Source: the human T2T-CHM13v2.0 reference genome, Homo sapiens. From it: a DNA stretch of 64,000 nt. Of the stretch, positions 45,003 to 58,709 are shown piece by piece (the stretch's first letter is position 1; every line of letters starts with the position of its first letter). The stretch lies in NCBI RefSeq assembly GCF_009914755.1, contig NC_060930.1, one strand, 5' to 3'. The notes under the pieces were generated by a model that made no database searches, was not told the origin of the DNA, and was given only the letters and a program-made list of their open reading frames with translations. A program made the translations under genes and the position numbers.

Positions 45003-47504
45003 TGAAAAACTCTAGTTCTTACAGCCAAAAATCTGACTTAAGTTTCCATAATGGAGAGTCAGGGTCACTCACCAAGTATACTGACCTAAGCTAATTCACA
45101 GATTTAGAGCCCCTTGATTGAAGGGGAGTCCAGGTCTCCTTGAGGAAGGATTCTGCATCATTGCTGCGAGTAAATACTATAAATCTTCATCCACGTGTTT
45201 TCTCAAAGAGGCCTGTAGCTATTTGTTAGAGTGACTGTGCACTGTGGAAAAGGAAATGCCCAGATATTTCAGTAATTACTAAATACTCTCTCTTAATTAT
45301 GTTAACTCCTGTGACCTAAACTACTCACGGTAGCCCACTAGTTAAAACGGGAGCATTCAGTGTTCAAGATACAGATGATGTCTGAGCCCAAGTTTAACTC
45401 ACAGTGGGCCCAGTTGGTCAGTTGACCCCCCTGTAGTTATTGCCCCAGTTCCTGAATGTATAATGGGAATAGACATACTTGGCAACTATCAGAATCTCCA
45501 CATTGGCTCTATGACCCCTAGGTTTAGAGCCATTATGGTAAGAAGGATAAAGTGGAAGCCTCTGGAACTTCCCATTACTACAAAGATAGTAAACCAGAAG
45601 TGATATTGCATCCCTGGGATGAATTGCAGAGACTTGTGCCACTGCCAAAGACTTGAAATGTACTGGGTGATACCTACCACATACCCATTTTACTTACCTG
45701 TTTGGTCTCTACAGACATTGAATGGATCTTGGAGAATGACTGTGAACCATAAATTTAATCGGGAGGTAATTCTAATTTCAACTGCTATCCAAAAAATGGT
45801 ATCTTTACTGGAGTAAATAAACACAGCCCTTGGCACTTGGTGTGTAGCTAGTGACCTGAAAAATGCCTTTTCTTCCATACCAATATGCAAAGGCCACTGG
45901 AAACAGTCTGCTTTTATCTGGCACAGCCAAGAGTAGACTTCACGCTCTTGAGTCAGAGCTATGTCAATTCTTTCTTCTATTATACAGTCCACAGAGAAAT
46001 TGATTAGCTTGACATTGCACAAAAATGTAGGGGACACTGGTCTTCTACATTACGATATTGACTGGCTCTAATAAGCAGAAAGTAGTGCATCAGATGCCTT
46101 AGTAAGACATATGTAAACTAGAGAGTGGGACATAAACCCTACAAAAATTCAGGGGCCTTCAGTGAGGTTCTGGGGACTCAGTGGTCTGGAGTAAGGGGAT
46201 AAGTTTCTGGATCTAACACCATCTACCATGAATAAAGAGGTAAAATGCTTTGTAAGCAGTTAAAACAATTTTTTTGGAGGTCACATATACTACATTTGAG
46301 TATACTACTCCCACCTATTTACTGAGTTACCCAATAGGCTGCCAGTTTTGATTGTGGACCAGAGAGAGAGGGGGCCCTGCAGCAATTCCAGCTTCAGTGA
46401 CTGCTGCCCTAACACCTGGGCCTTATGTTCCAGCAGATCCAGTGATAATATGTGCATAGCAAATAGGGATGCTGTTTGGAGCTTCTGGCAAGTACCGAAA
46501 GGAGAATCATAATGCAGATCTGTAGGGTTTTGGAACTAATCTGTGCTCTCTTCTTCAAGTAATAATTTTCCTTTTCAAAACAGTTTCTGGCTTGCTACTG
46601 GACCACCCAAAGACTAAATGCCTAACCATGGGACACCAAGATACTATGTGATGTGAGCTTCCCATTATGAATTCAGCGTTGTCTGATGCACCTAGCCATA
46701 AGGTTGAGTGTGGACAGTGCAATCTATCTTCAAGTGGCATTCTTTACAATCAATTAAATGACAGATCTTGAGCCTAGTTTAGAGACGGTCTTGCATATTA
46801 TGCCGATACCACCGAAAGTGGACAGCTCCATTGTTACAGCCTTAGGGGTGACTCTGATAATATGTATGTCCTATTGTTTCTGTTTCTTTGAACCCTGGTT
46901 AATAGAATATATAATATTGCTGTAATGTAATATACTGTATTATATTATCAATATATTGTGTATTTTATTAAAATACTAATATTATATATTACAATGTAAT
47001 ATCAATTGTGCACTATAATATACATGTGTAATAATGTAATAGCAATGGACCATTCACTTTGTGTTCTCTTGTTGGAAGACTTGGTTGCCACCTTGCAGAA
47101 TCTTGTCCCAAATCATTATCATGTTTACTTTTTATAGTTTCTTTTTCACATTGAAAATTAGTCTTAGGGCATATCCTCTATGCTCTAAAATGATTTATAA
47201 TCAAATTGTGATCTACTTTATGTCAGGTTTCTCAGTGTTCTAGTTTTGAGCCAGGAAACTTTATCAAATGTATAATGGGGACTCATAGAGCCTTGAAACT
47301 TAATCAAATTTATAAAAGGGACTTTATTTTATTCTATTTTTTTGCCATTTTGGAATTTTATGTCCTATTTAAATTGTTCTCTAGCTTTTAATTCAAAGGT
47401 CATTGTTTTCAACAGATAAAGAAGCAGGTACAAAGATTCACCCTAATACAATAAGCGTCACTGAAAAATTATAGTTAAAAATAAGAAGTGGTTAAAGTAG
47501 TGGT

Positions 47505-47716
47505 TAACAAGGAAACAATAAGCAACATGAAACAGCAGCCTACAGATGAGAAAAAAATATTTGCAAACCACATATCTCATAAGGGGTTAATATCCAAAAT
47601 TTATAAAGAACTCATACAACTCAAGAGTGAAGAAACAAATCACCTGATTATAAAATGGGCAAAAGACTTGAATAGATATTTTTCCAAAGAAGACATAAAA
47701 ATGGCTAATGGGTATA
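47505..47716 (+). mobile_element. L1MA ORF2 fragment
   Basis: [58 protein letters not shown] in ORF 47488-47739. Confidence 0.9.
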
Positions 47717-48084
47717 TTAAAACCTCTTCTTGTTTTTAACCATGATTGTTTGCTGGAAGCTTCAGCTTATTTGGAGAGTTTCACTTTTCTGACATTCTTT
47801 CGGTCCCTGACAAACTGGTGTCCCATCATGGTTTCTCTCTATGAGGCAACCTGAAGTGCCATCATTGAGTTTACCAACAGTAGTCTCTAACCCTTCTTTC
47901 TGCCTGGAGTACTGTTCATTTCCCTGACCCCAATGTACCTAAGCCTAAGCATTAATATCTTTTGCTCTGGAAGATCTATGACTCTTTGCACTAGGTTTGA
48001 TCCCTTCAGTTAGGTAATCTGCTATTTACTTCCATAGTATTCCATACCTTCCTTTTCTGAATTTTCAGCAAACTTTCATTATTG

Positions 48085-49365
48085 GTTAAGTGTATTTATT
48101 ATAAATACATTATATTGTGCATATGTAAGGTATACAACATGATGTTATGGGATACATATAGATAGTAAACAGATTATTATAGTGAAGCAAATTAGCATAT
48201 ACATCAGCTCACACACTTTGCCATTTTTGTTTTTGTTTTTGTGGCAAGAACAGCTAAAGCTACTCAGCATGAGTTTCACATACAGAACAATTTTATTACA
48301 TAAAGTCCTCATGTCGTACATTAGATCACTAGACTTATTCGTCATACATATCTGCTACTCTGTATCCTCTGAATTACATCTCCCTATTTCCTTCCCTCCC
48401 AATCACTGGTAAACACTATTTTGCTCTCTCTTTCTGTATATTTGATTTTAAAAATATTGCACATATAAGAGAAATTATTTTCTGTGTCTCATAATGTTCT
48501 CCAGTCTGATGCATATTGTGGCAAATGGCAAGATCTCATTCTTTTTTAGGACTGACTAATATTCCATTGTATATATGCACCACAGTTTCTTTTTCCATTT
48601 GTCCATTGACAGATACTTAGGTTGTTTCCATATCTTAGCTCTTGTGAATAATGCTGCAATGAATACAGGAGTGCAGGTATCTTTACAAGGTGGTGATTTT
48701 ATTTCCTTTGGCTACATGCCTAGAAAATAGATTGCTGGGTCATATAGTAGTTTTAATTTTAATTTCTTTAGAAGTCTCCATACTGTTTTCCATAATGACT
48801 GTACCAATCTACATTCCCATCAACAGTGTATAAGAGTTCCCTTTTTTCCAAACCCTCACCAACATTTGTTATCTTCTGACCGTTTGATACCAGCCATCAT
48901 AACAGTGGAAGGTGGTATCTCATGGTGGTTTTGATTTGCATATCCTTGGTGAGTAATGATGTTGAGCACCTTTTCATACACCCATTGGCTATTTTTATGT
49001 CTTCTTTGGAAAAATGTCTTTTGCCCATTTTATAATCAGGTGATTTGTTTTTTCACTCTTGAGTTGTATGAGTTCTTTATAAATTTTGGAATATTAACCC
49101 CTTATCAGATATATTCCAATCCATAGGCTACTGTTTCATTTTGTTGGTTGTTTCCTTTACTGTGCAGAGCTGTTTGGTTTGATGTAGTCTCATTTATGTA
49201 TTTTGCTTTGTGGCCTGAGCTTTTGGTATGATACCAAAAAAATCATTGCCAAGGCCAATGTCCAAGAGCTTTTCCTCTCTTCTAAGAAAACATAATCTTA
49301 TATTTAGGTCTTTTACACATTTTGAGTTGACTTTTGTATATGGTGTAAAATAAGAGTAATTTTGT
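48085..49365 (-). mobile_element. L1MA (7/8-like) 3' portion
   Basis: Antisense 3' UTR and ORF2 (FTPYTKVNSKCVKDLNIR..LLDIGLGNDFFGIIPKAQATK). Confidence 0.9.
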
Positions 49366-49366
49366 T

Positions 49367-49860
49367 TCAGCCTTAAGAAGAAAATCCTACCAGTTGTGGC
49401 AACATGGATGAACCTGGAGGATATTGTGCTAAATGCAACAAGCCAGACACAGAAAGACAAACATTGCATGATCTCTATGAGTCTAAAAGGGTCAAACTCA
49501 TAGAAACAGAGAGTAGAAGGGTGGTTACCAGAAATTGAGTGGTGGGAGAAATGCAGAGATGCTAGCCAAAAGGCACACACTTTTGCTTAAAAGGTAAATA
49601 AGTTCTGGAGACCTGAGGTACAGCATGATGACTATAGTTAATAATAATGATGTTCTGCTATGTGAAATTTACTGAGAGTAGATCTTAAGTGTTCTTGCTC
49701 CTCCCTAACAAAATGGTAACTATGTGAGGTGATGGGTATGCTAATTAGCTTGATTGTGGTAATCATTTCCCAGTGTACACAAATATCAAAACATCATGTT
49801 GTACACCTTGAACATATATAACTTTAATTTGTCAATTATACCTCAGTAAAGCTGAAAAAA
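49367..49860 (+). mobile_element. L1MA (9-like) 3' end
   Basis: caacatggatgaacctggaggatatt ... tgtcaattatacctcagtaaagctgaaaaaa. Confidence 0.88.
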
Positions 49861-50334
49861 ATTATTCCCCTAAAAATGTTCATCTTTTTTACTAGCCTGT
49901 ACATTCTGCTAGGGCAGGGATCTGACTTGGTTTCTGACATATAGAATTAGTTAACATGTGCCAGGCAGTACTCTAGATCATTAGTTATTTAGGGAATGAA
50001 CCTATTCTAATTTCATAGGAGGCCTTTTTCCCATTTTCTTTTGGTCTCTTGCTGTTTCAAATTCCTTTAACTTCTGAACATAACAAACATTAGAAAAATG
50101 TTTGCTATGTGAGGTGGCATAACATATTTAACATGAGAAAAATTGTTTCCTCCGGCCCTGATCGTGCCTTAATGTCTTCCATGTACTCATGAAGACCTGC
50201 AGTGTCAGTAAGCTGCAATAGGCAAATCCTTGGCACAGTGGAATTCAACAGTCAGTTGACATCCTGTCTGAGTTCAAGGTGATGCCTGCCTGTTGTCTCT
50301 TTTCTAGACTCAGAGGTTAAAACAAATGGATGAT

Positions 50335-50590
50335 TGAGGGAAGTAAACATACTCTGTATGATACTATCATGATAGATATATGTCAGTATACGTTTGTCCA
50401 AACACTCTGTACATCAGAATTGAATCCTAAAGAAATATGTACTTTGGGCGATGATGTGTCAATGTAGTTTCATTAATTGTAACAGATGTATCACTTGTAG
50501 AATATTGATGACAGTGGAGATGATGCATGTGTGGTCTGTAACTTCCTCTCAACCTACTGCTACTCTAAAAAGTAAAATCTTCCTAAAAAC
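50335..50590 (+). mobile_element. L1MC-like 3' fragment, followed by a (CAAAA)n tail (~50604-50633)
   Basis: tactctgtatgatactatcatgatagata ... gatgtgtcaatgtagtttcattaattgtaac. Confidence 0.7.
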
Positions 50591-50944
50591 AACAAAAATG
50601 ACACAAACAAAACAAAACAAAACACAAAACAAATGAATGAGAAGTGGTATCAGAGGTCTATGGTTTTAACAGTTGGAGGAAAATGTCCTTAGATGCTTCA
50701 TATTAAAAGGATGCATTTTCTAGTCTCTAATTCTTAGGCTGATTTACTTTAAACTAACAGATTAAAAGGAAGCACGACTCAATTCAGATATTATCTAGAT
50801 AAAAGTGTGAATGAAAATTTGCCCGGTTTAATACATCAGATCATGAATGAATTACTTAAACATCCATTATTACCTAAACATATTTGTTTCACTTAGTTCC
50901 TAGCAAAATCTATTGAAGCCACAATGAGTGTAAGAGTGGATAGA

Positions 50945-51670
50945 TTAGTTACAGGCATCACATCCATCCAGTGTCCCGAGCTAGAAACCGAGATAACATT
51001 CTTGATTGCCCTTTCTCCATTCCCATACCTATCCTTATCAAGTCATTCACCAAATTTTGTCAGTTCTACCTCCTACTGCCTCTCAAATTCATCCCTTTTT
51101 CTACATTTGAATTTCTACTACTATGGTTCATAGTTTCATTATTTCTCAAGCAGATTGCTGTGTCTACCTCATCCCGTCTCCCTGCCTTCAGTCCATTTTC
51201 CAAATCACAACCTAGGTAAGTCAGATCGTGCATTTCCCTGCCTACAGTACTTCAGCAATTCCATGTTGTTACAGAGTTAAGTTCATGATCTTTGGCATTG
51301 CATACTAGGTCTTTCATACTTGATTCCTGTTCACTTCTTTGTCTTATCTTGATCACTTCCTCTATTCTCTAAGTTTCATTACATCACGTGACTTTAAGTA
51401 TTTGTATATATTTCTTCCTCTGAAGGCCTGTGGTGATCTTTTCTCTTTTACTTGTTCAGCTATAACCTTTTGCTTTGACTATAGTGGGGGCACCACTCTG
51501 AGAAGGGTTTCCTCTCTGGCCTCCCCATAGCTCCCTGTGCATACCTTTATCATGGTATTATTCATATTGTGTTCTGGTTCTCTTTTATATTTTTCTACTG
51601 CTTTCCAATCCTCCAAAGAATTATAAGTTATTTAGAGGCAGGAGCTGTTGAATGAATAAATTAATGAATA
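50945..51670 (+). mobile_element. L2 3' portion
   Basis: Pyrimidine-rich L2 sense motifs ending tgttgaatgaataaattaatgaat. Confidence 0.75.
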
Positions 51671-52957
51671 CAAGAAAAAGAGTAAATATCTAAGAGTTTC
51701 CTACTCCCTTTATTAGTTCACAAACGTGGTCAAATTAATAGTTTACCAATTATAAACCATCATAAGCTCTATGCAGAAGCTCGCTTTTGTTCTAACCGAA
51801 TACACTGTTCTTCAAAGACACAAATGACATTAAATGTTTTGCAAATGAACCCACTGGAGTGCAGGAAGAACATTATATTGGAAAATATTAAACAACCTGA
51901 AACAAAAAGCAGATCATTTCCCAACCACAAATTGCAAATTAAAGAAAAAAAATTCTAAACCAAGATTAAAACCTACTTTAAAGTAAGTACTGCCAACACT
52001 TTAAAGGGAGGGCACAGTCAAATCAAAGGATGAAGACAAATGGTAAACTAAAGAACATTAGCCAAGAAAATAAAATGTCAAGAAGCCCACTTGAACAATG
52101 AGTGAAAATGAAACAAATTCAAGTTTTAAAAATATTTGATTTCTATAGGATTGCTTCTTTGTTTTTGTTTTTCTCCATAAGCTGATCTCAGAAACTTTTC
52201 CTTTGCAGGAAGAGGCTGTCATTTTATCATGGTGTGTGTTTGTTCACGTGCCACACAGGCAATGAATTATGAAGAAAGGAGAGCCTTGTAGGAGGCAGGG
52301 CCAGGCTGTTCTTGCTTTTAAACTAGGTAGCCACAAATAAGGCTCAGTTAGAAAAACAACTTGAAAACTGAATTCTTCCCAACGTATTACACATCCCAAA
52401 AGAAATGCTGAAGTTTCTTCCTCTTTTCTCTCTGTTTCTGCAAATCCTACCACTTCAAGACCTTAGTTTTCCCAAGCTTCCAGCTTCCCCAGAGATTCTG
52501 ACCACTTTGGCCATTTCTCCTGACCTCCTTAAGAGCTTTGGAATCAGACTATTTAATTGTTCATATTATTGTTATAGTTATCTCTAATGATGTTTTTGTG
52601 TGTATGCATTGCCTCTCTAATTAGATTATTCCCTCTGCCAATAACTCTGTTATTCACTTTAAAAAATTATTTAATGACCATTATTAGCACAATGTGCAAT
52701 ATTAGTATATAGTGTATATAGTACATAGTCTATATAGTATATATACTCTCTCTATATATAGTATATATACTCTCTATAGTATATAGTAAGCACTCAGTAA
52801 GCATTAAAGTTAAATTGAATTAAATTTTATGACAGATTATTTTCCTCTTTCAAAACTATTAATGGAAACAAAAATCAGACTGTGACCGTCTTCATCATCC
52901 CTGTATATAACAAGTATTTTCTTTTTTCCTTTTTCAAATTATAAGCTTATGCCACAC

Positions 52958-53114
52958 CAGTGGTTTTCAACTCTGGATGTACATTTGAGTCACCTGGAGA
53001 ACTAAAAAAAATACAGATGGTAAGGCCGCTACTTAGACCAATCTACCAGCAGGTGTAAGGAGTTTTAAAAGATCCCAGATGATTCTAACATGCAGACGGA
53101 GTTGAAAAGCACTG
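52958..53114. mobile_element. MER5A MITE
   Basis: Terminal inverted repeats cagtggttttcaac ... gttgaaaagcactg. Confidence 0.85.
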
Positions 53115-53605
53115 GACTATACCAACTGATAAGTGAGTCAATCAGTAGCATTTATTGAACACCAGGGCAAATCTATTCAAGATTACCTTGGTAACTATTC
53201 CTGTGGGTTTCTATCAACTGCCCAGTAATTTAAGTGTGCAAAGCTATATATGAACTTTTAGGCTTCTCAAATATCCAAATGTCCACTTTGTGTGTAGGTA
53301 CTTTCCTTCTAGACATCTCTTTATAGTGAACAGTAAACAGTATGAGCATCTTTTAATTAGAGAGTAAAATGGGAGAACCAAAGTCCAAGAAATGTAGGGG
53401 GTTTGGTGAGAACAGACATTTAGATTGATTTTATATACTTAAAGGGAAAAAGAGAATTGACTTATATTGCTAGAGAAATCAAATCCCAAACTGTTTTCAT
53501 CTGAAACCTACATCACTTTTTATATCTAAAATAGCTAGTTATTTCAAATTAGCTAGCTAATTCAAGAATGAGAATTAGTTCTCAATTATTTGGATAATTG
53601 CATAA

Positions 53606-54025
<420 letters not shown>

Positions 54026-54549
54026 TACATGTAATGTTATTTAATTATCAGACTATTTATTTGAATCATGTGCTAGTATAACACCTGTTATACACACAAG
54101 GAAACTGAGGCTGGAGTAGTTAAGAAACTTACCCCGGGTCACATGGTTACTGAGAAACAAAGGCAGGATTCAAACTCCGGTCTGTTCAGTTGCAAAGTTC
54201 TTGTCCTCTGCACTGTGCTCCCAGTAATAACTTCTGCCACCTCGTCCTGCTGAATGAAGAACTGAATGAAATGCTTAACCTGAAATCCAAGGGTGATGGA
54301 AAAAAAATAAATGGTAGAGGTTTTCTTCTTAATTTAAGTTCAACTGTAAGTCATTAGGAATTTATGTCTACTGTAATTGTGTTTGTAACTTTCCACTAGA
54401 AAGTGTTTTGGATGATCTTGTAAAATTTCACAGAAAATTCATGGGATTTTTTTCCAATGTTAAAAGATGAGAAAGAGCAGCAATGTGGTGCTAATGCACA
54501 GTTTATTTATAAGGAAATTATAGACTACATTAATACAACTACCTTCAGC

Positions 54550-54960
54550 TTAAATCCAATGACAGTTCAACTCCTGGTTCTTGAACATGCCATTTCATGC
54601 CTCTGTGATGTGCACATGTTGTCTGCTCCACCTGGCCATGTATCCTTCCTCCCCTTGGCCATGTCTGTGTGTCAAATGCCAGCCAGTCCTCCAAGACGCT
54701 CAGACATCTTTCCCTTATTGAATTCTTTTCACCCCTGCCCTGGGAGCCTAAACTTTTCTTTGCACCCCTATCTCAGTTTGTACCTTATCACTTGCTCTTT
54801 TACAGTTTTCACAGATCTCATGGCAACTCTTTCTCATATGTCTGTCTGATGAAGAGTGAAGCCTCTTTGGTGCAGGACTGTTTTTTGATCCTTGTATCCC
54901 CAGTGCTGAGCATAGAGTATACGTTCAATAGACAGTTGGATGAACTTTTGAGTGAAGTAT
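54550..54960 (+). mobile_element. L2 3' portion
   Basis: cttgtatccccagtgctgagcatagagtatacgttcaatagacagttggatgaa end. Confidence 0.7.
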
Positions 54961-55521
54961 GACTTAGACAAATTGCAATTTCCCTAACAGACCATGCTGT
55001 GAAAGTTGTGAAAAGCCTTCACCCTGATCTGATTAGATTTCTACTACATTTGAAAACCTGTCACCCTCCTAAATTTTTTTAAGGGAAGTATATGTACACA
55101 CATACAAGTAAACAATTTAATATTGAACATAGACAAAGCCTTCTCTGGAAGCAATTAGTTGATTTACAGTGCCATTGGTAGCAGTTTTATGTATGTGGGA
55201 GTGTATGAATGTAAATCTTGGCCTCATGGAGTCATTTCTCTCTCTTGAAAATTTGAGATTCTATGTAATACTAAAATTTAATACACCAAGACATCCTTAG
55301 AACATGTTTGCTCTAATACATAAGACTGGTTCATTCTGACATTCATTTGCGGCATTTCCATGACTGAAATAACCACTTTGAGAGAGAATCTCAATCCATA
55401 CACGTGCGGTATGGGTGTTAGTTAATATGGGAAACAGTATCTGAATCCAGCCTCTTTCTTCAAAGCTTTTCTTTGAAACAGATGTCCTCTCTCTTACCAA
55501 GAAGAGAGACTTGGGGCATCT

Positions 55522-56226
55522 TGTTAAATTAAATTTAGCCTAGGCCGGGTGCGATAGCTCACACCTGTAATCCCAGCACTTTGGGAGGCAAAGGCTTGCG
55601 GATAACTTGAGGTCAGGCGTTCGAGACCACCTGGTCAACATGGCGAAACCCAGTCTCTACTAAAAATACAAAAATTAGCAGGGTGCGGTGGCAGGCGCCT
55701 GTAATCCCAGCTACGTGGGTGGTTGGCAGGGGGTGTGGCTGAGGGAGGTGGAGGTTGCAGTGAGCCGAGATCGCGCCACTGCACTCCAGCCTGGGTGACA
55801 GAGCGAGACTCCATCTCAAAAAAAAAAAAAAAATTTAGCTTAGAGCTGCCTTCTTACATATTTTAAGTTCAGCTTAAACGTTACTTCATAAGTAGTGAAG
55901 TGTAACCTAACTGGAAGTATAAGCAGGCCGTAACCTACGCGTACCAATCACCGACTTTTCGCCACTCACAGGTGGACAACTGTTTAAATGGTGTTCAAAT
56001 AAGGCAAATGTCGAGCTGTAGCCAATCCAGCTGTTTCTGTACTTCACTTCTGTTTTCTGTACATCACTCCTTTTTCGGTCCATAAATCTTCCACCAAGTT
56101 GCAGTGCCAGAGTCTCTCTAAACCTGTTCTGGTTGTGTTGGGGGAGGTGGCTGCCCCATTTGCGAATCACTCTTTGCTCTCTTAAACTCAGTTACGTTAA
56201 ATTTGTCCAAAGTTTCTCTTTTAACA
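55522..56226 (+). mobile_element. MER57-family ERV1 solo LTR, interrupted by an Alu
   Basis: tgttaaattaaatttagccta ... tttctcttttaaca; CCAAT boxes; TSD atct / gtct. Confidence 0.85.
55543..55833 (+). mobile_element. AluS inside MER57, with an aberrant G-rich right-arm segment
   Basis: TSD aaatttagccta (55531-55542) / aaatttagctta (55831-55842). Confidence 0.93.
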
Positions 56227-56836
56227 GTCTTGGGTGCACTCGGTCACACCCTATTTGTCTGGCTTTGTGCTAGGTCCTTTGTGCTGATGCTCAACAGGAA
56301 AGGCCTGATGTCTCTCATGGCAACTCTATTGTTTGCATAGAAGCCTAAGGAGCACTAGTTACATTCTTTGACATTGAAATAGTAAAACTCCAGCAGCTAT
56401 CTCTCAGTCTAAAGAATGCCGTGCAGCTTGATGACACATTGATTGCTTTCCTTTAGTCTTTTCTGGCCGTAAAATCGCCACATGGAAATTCATTCAATTT
56501 CTTGAGATCTTTTCAGTTTTCTCAAATTCTGACTTCCTAAAATGTTAATATATATCCCATGTGTTTAAATGATTTAGGATTGAGGTGCTAAAAATAACTC
56601 ATCACCTACGTCTACGAGTCCTAAGAAACATTTAAGTTGCATGTAATCATATGATTTTAAAATTTAAGGAGCTGTTCGAGAAATATAAAACGGCCAGTTA
56701 AGGTAGTTATTCAGATGATTCAGATTTAAAGTAGTCTTGTAATAACTTCATTTGGTGTGTTTAATTACGATGACTTATAGTGGTTGAATTCTCTGTGTAG
56801 ATTTAGTTTTAATTTTAATTCAACTACCACACCTGG

Positions 56837-57207
56837 TGTATTAGTTCATTTTCATGCTGCTGATAAAGACCTACCCAAGAATGGGTAATTTATAAAGAAA
56901 AAGATGTTTAATGGACTCACAGTTCCACATGGCTGGGGAGGTCTTACAGTCATGGTGGAAGGAGAAAGGCCTATCTTACATGGTGGCAGGCAAGAGAGAG
57001 AATGAGAGCCAAGTGAAAAGGAAAACCCCTTAGAAAACCATCAGATCTCATGAGACATATGCACTACCATGAGAACAGTATGGGGGAAACCGCCCCCATG
57101 ATTCAATTATCTCCCAACAGGGCCCTCCCACAACACGTGGGAATTATGGGAGCTACAATTCAAGATGAGATTTGGGTTTGAGTTTGGGACACAGCCAAAC
57201 CGTATCA
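56837..57207 (-). mobile_element. THE1B-like solo LTR
   Basis: tgtattagttcattttcatgctgctgataaagac ... acagccaaaccgtatca; TSD cctgg / tctgg. Confidence 0.92.
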
Positions 57208-58194
57208 TCTGGTTTTCTAACTTTGTTAGATAGACGAACTAGAGAACACAATGAATACAACCTGAGCTTTTTGTTCTTCTTGGTGATTGGTCTGTTTCTT
57301 TATTTCTTTACTTTTGTTATGATATTTGGAATCCATGGCAATTGCAACTTCTGCATTTGGCTTGGTGATTTCTAGAAATGTCAGGAATTTTTACCAATCC
57401 AGTGTTTCTGTTTCCAAAGATTATTTGCTGGCTGATCAATTGGATATGGAATTATCACCAATAAGTAAATGTGATATACTTTTAATCTGTGACTCAGAAA
57501 GTGAGTTCTGCTTATCTTGATGGAGACAAATGACACAGTTCTAGAAACTGGGCAAGAATTCTTAGCTTATTTCAATCTACTCTGGATCCCTTGTTCAAAG
57601 TTCTTAAGTGCTGGAATTTGTGGGAAAAGGAATGTAATATTTTAATCTGCCTCATGAACTGTTTATTATTTATGAAATATTTCTCACATTACTTACATAA
57701 TGGAGATGGAAAGAGGGAGTCTTTTTGGAGAAAGTATTAAATTATTTCCTTCCAAGTCCAAACATAATTTAGGCAGTTTATAAGTTATCCTCACATTTGG
57801 TTAGACATAAATCTGAGTTATCTGGGTAAAATAAAAACAAATAACAAATTGGTAGCTTAACTTAGCATATTAACTCTATCACATTGCTTAATATGAACTT
57901 CAGACACCTGAGAGACAGAAGTAAACACTATTGGCTCTTCCTGTGGCACTACAAGATTTCTTTCCTCATTTCATACTCTCCGGTTTCTACGTATTTGAAA
58001 TTTTAAGGTAAATTGACTATAACAATAATTAATTCCAATGTAAGTATGTGAGATGAGAAGTTTGGAGACAAGCAGAAGGGACATGTAACTGCTTTCTTAT
58101 TATGATTATAATAGTGTTTGAGAAAAACTGGGGTGATGCTGCTTCAATCTTCAAATTGTCTTATTTGGTACTCTAGTGTAGGTAACAGGATATG

Positions 58195-58198
<4 letters not shown>

Positions 58199-58224
<26 letters not shown>
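58199..58224. repeat. (TA)n microsatellite
   Basis: Direct reading. Confidence 0.95.
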
Positions 58225-58225
<1 letters not shown>

Positions 58226-58686
58226 TTTCCCCCAGTCCTGGAGGATCAATTAGGTGCTGGAACTTGCTCAAGAGCTTAGAAATAGAAAATAAGATTAACT
58301 CCTTAGAGTGTTATAAAATTAACACAGTAAGTGGGAGAGTGCAGTTAATCAGGCACTTAAGTAGCTTGAGGCTTATAGTACATGTATACACTCTAAAACT
58401 AGTAAGTTAATTTAGCAACTTCATAGGGAATAAGATTAGCCTATAAAAATAAATTCCATTTCTAAATACTAGCAATGAATAATTGCAAATTTCCTGAATG
58501 AGTAAAGACTTAACAAAATGCTTTACTCAGCTTCAGAGCTTTTCCACAGTATAATGTGAGTGGCAAGGGAACTGAATGCTTCATGGAACCATGTCTTTCA
58601 GCTGACTTTCAGAGTAATGCGTTCTTGAGCAGTTGGTCCTTAATTCATGATTATCTAAGCCAAGCAGTGTAATAGAAAATGTGATA

Positions 58687-58709
58687 CACACACACACACA
58701 CACACACAC
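58687..58709. repeat. (CA)n microsatellite
   Basis: Direct reading. Confidence 0.95.

Noticed and set aside
47720-48080. Possible processed pseudogene or NUMT between the L1 arms
   Set aside because: No recognisable translation, poly(A)/TSD structure or mitochondrial similarity by eye; left unassigned pending BLAST.
52700-52790. (TATAG)-type low-complexity tract as a functional palindrome
   Set aside because: Looks like a simple-repeat expansion within an L2 3' end.
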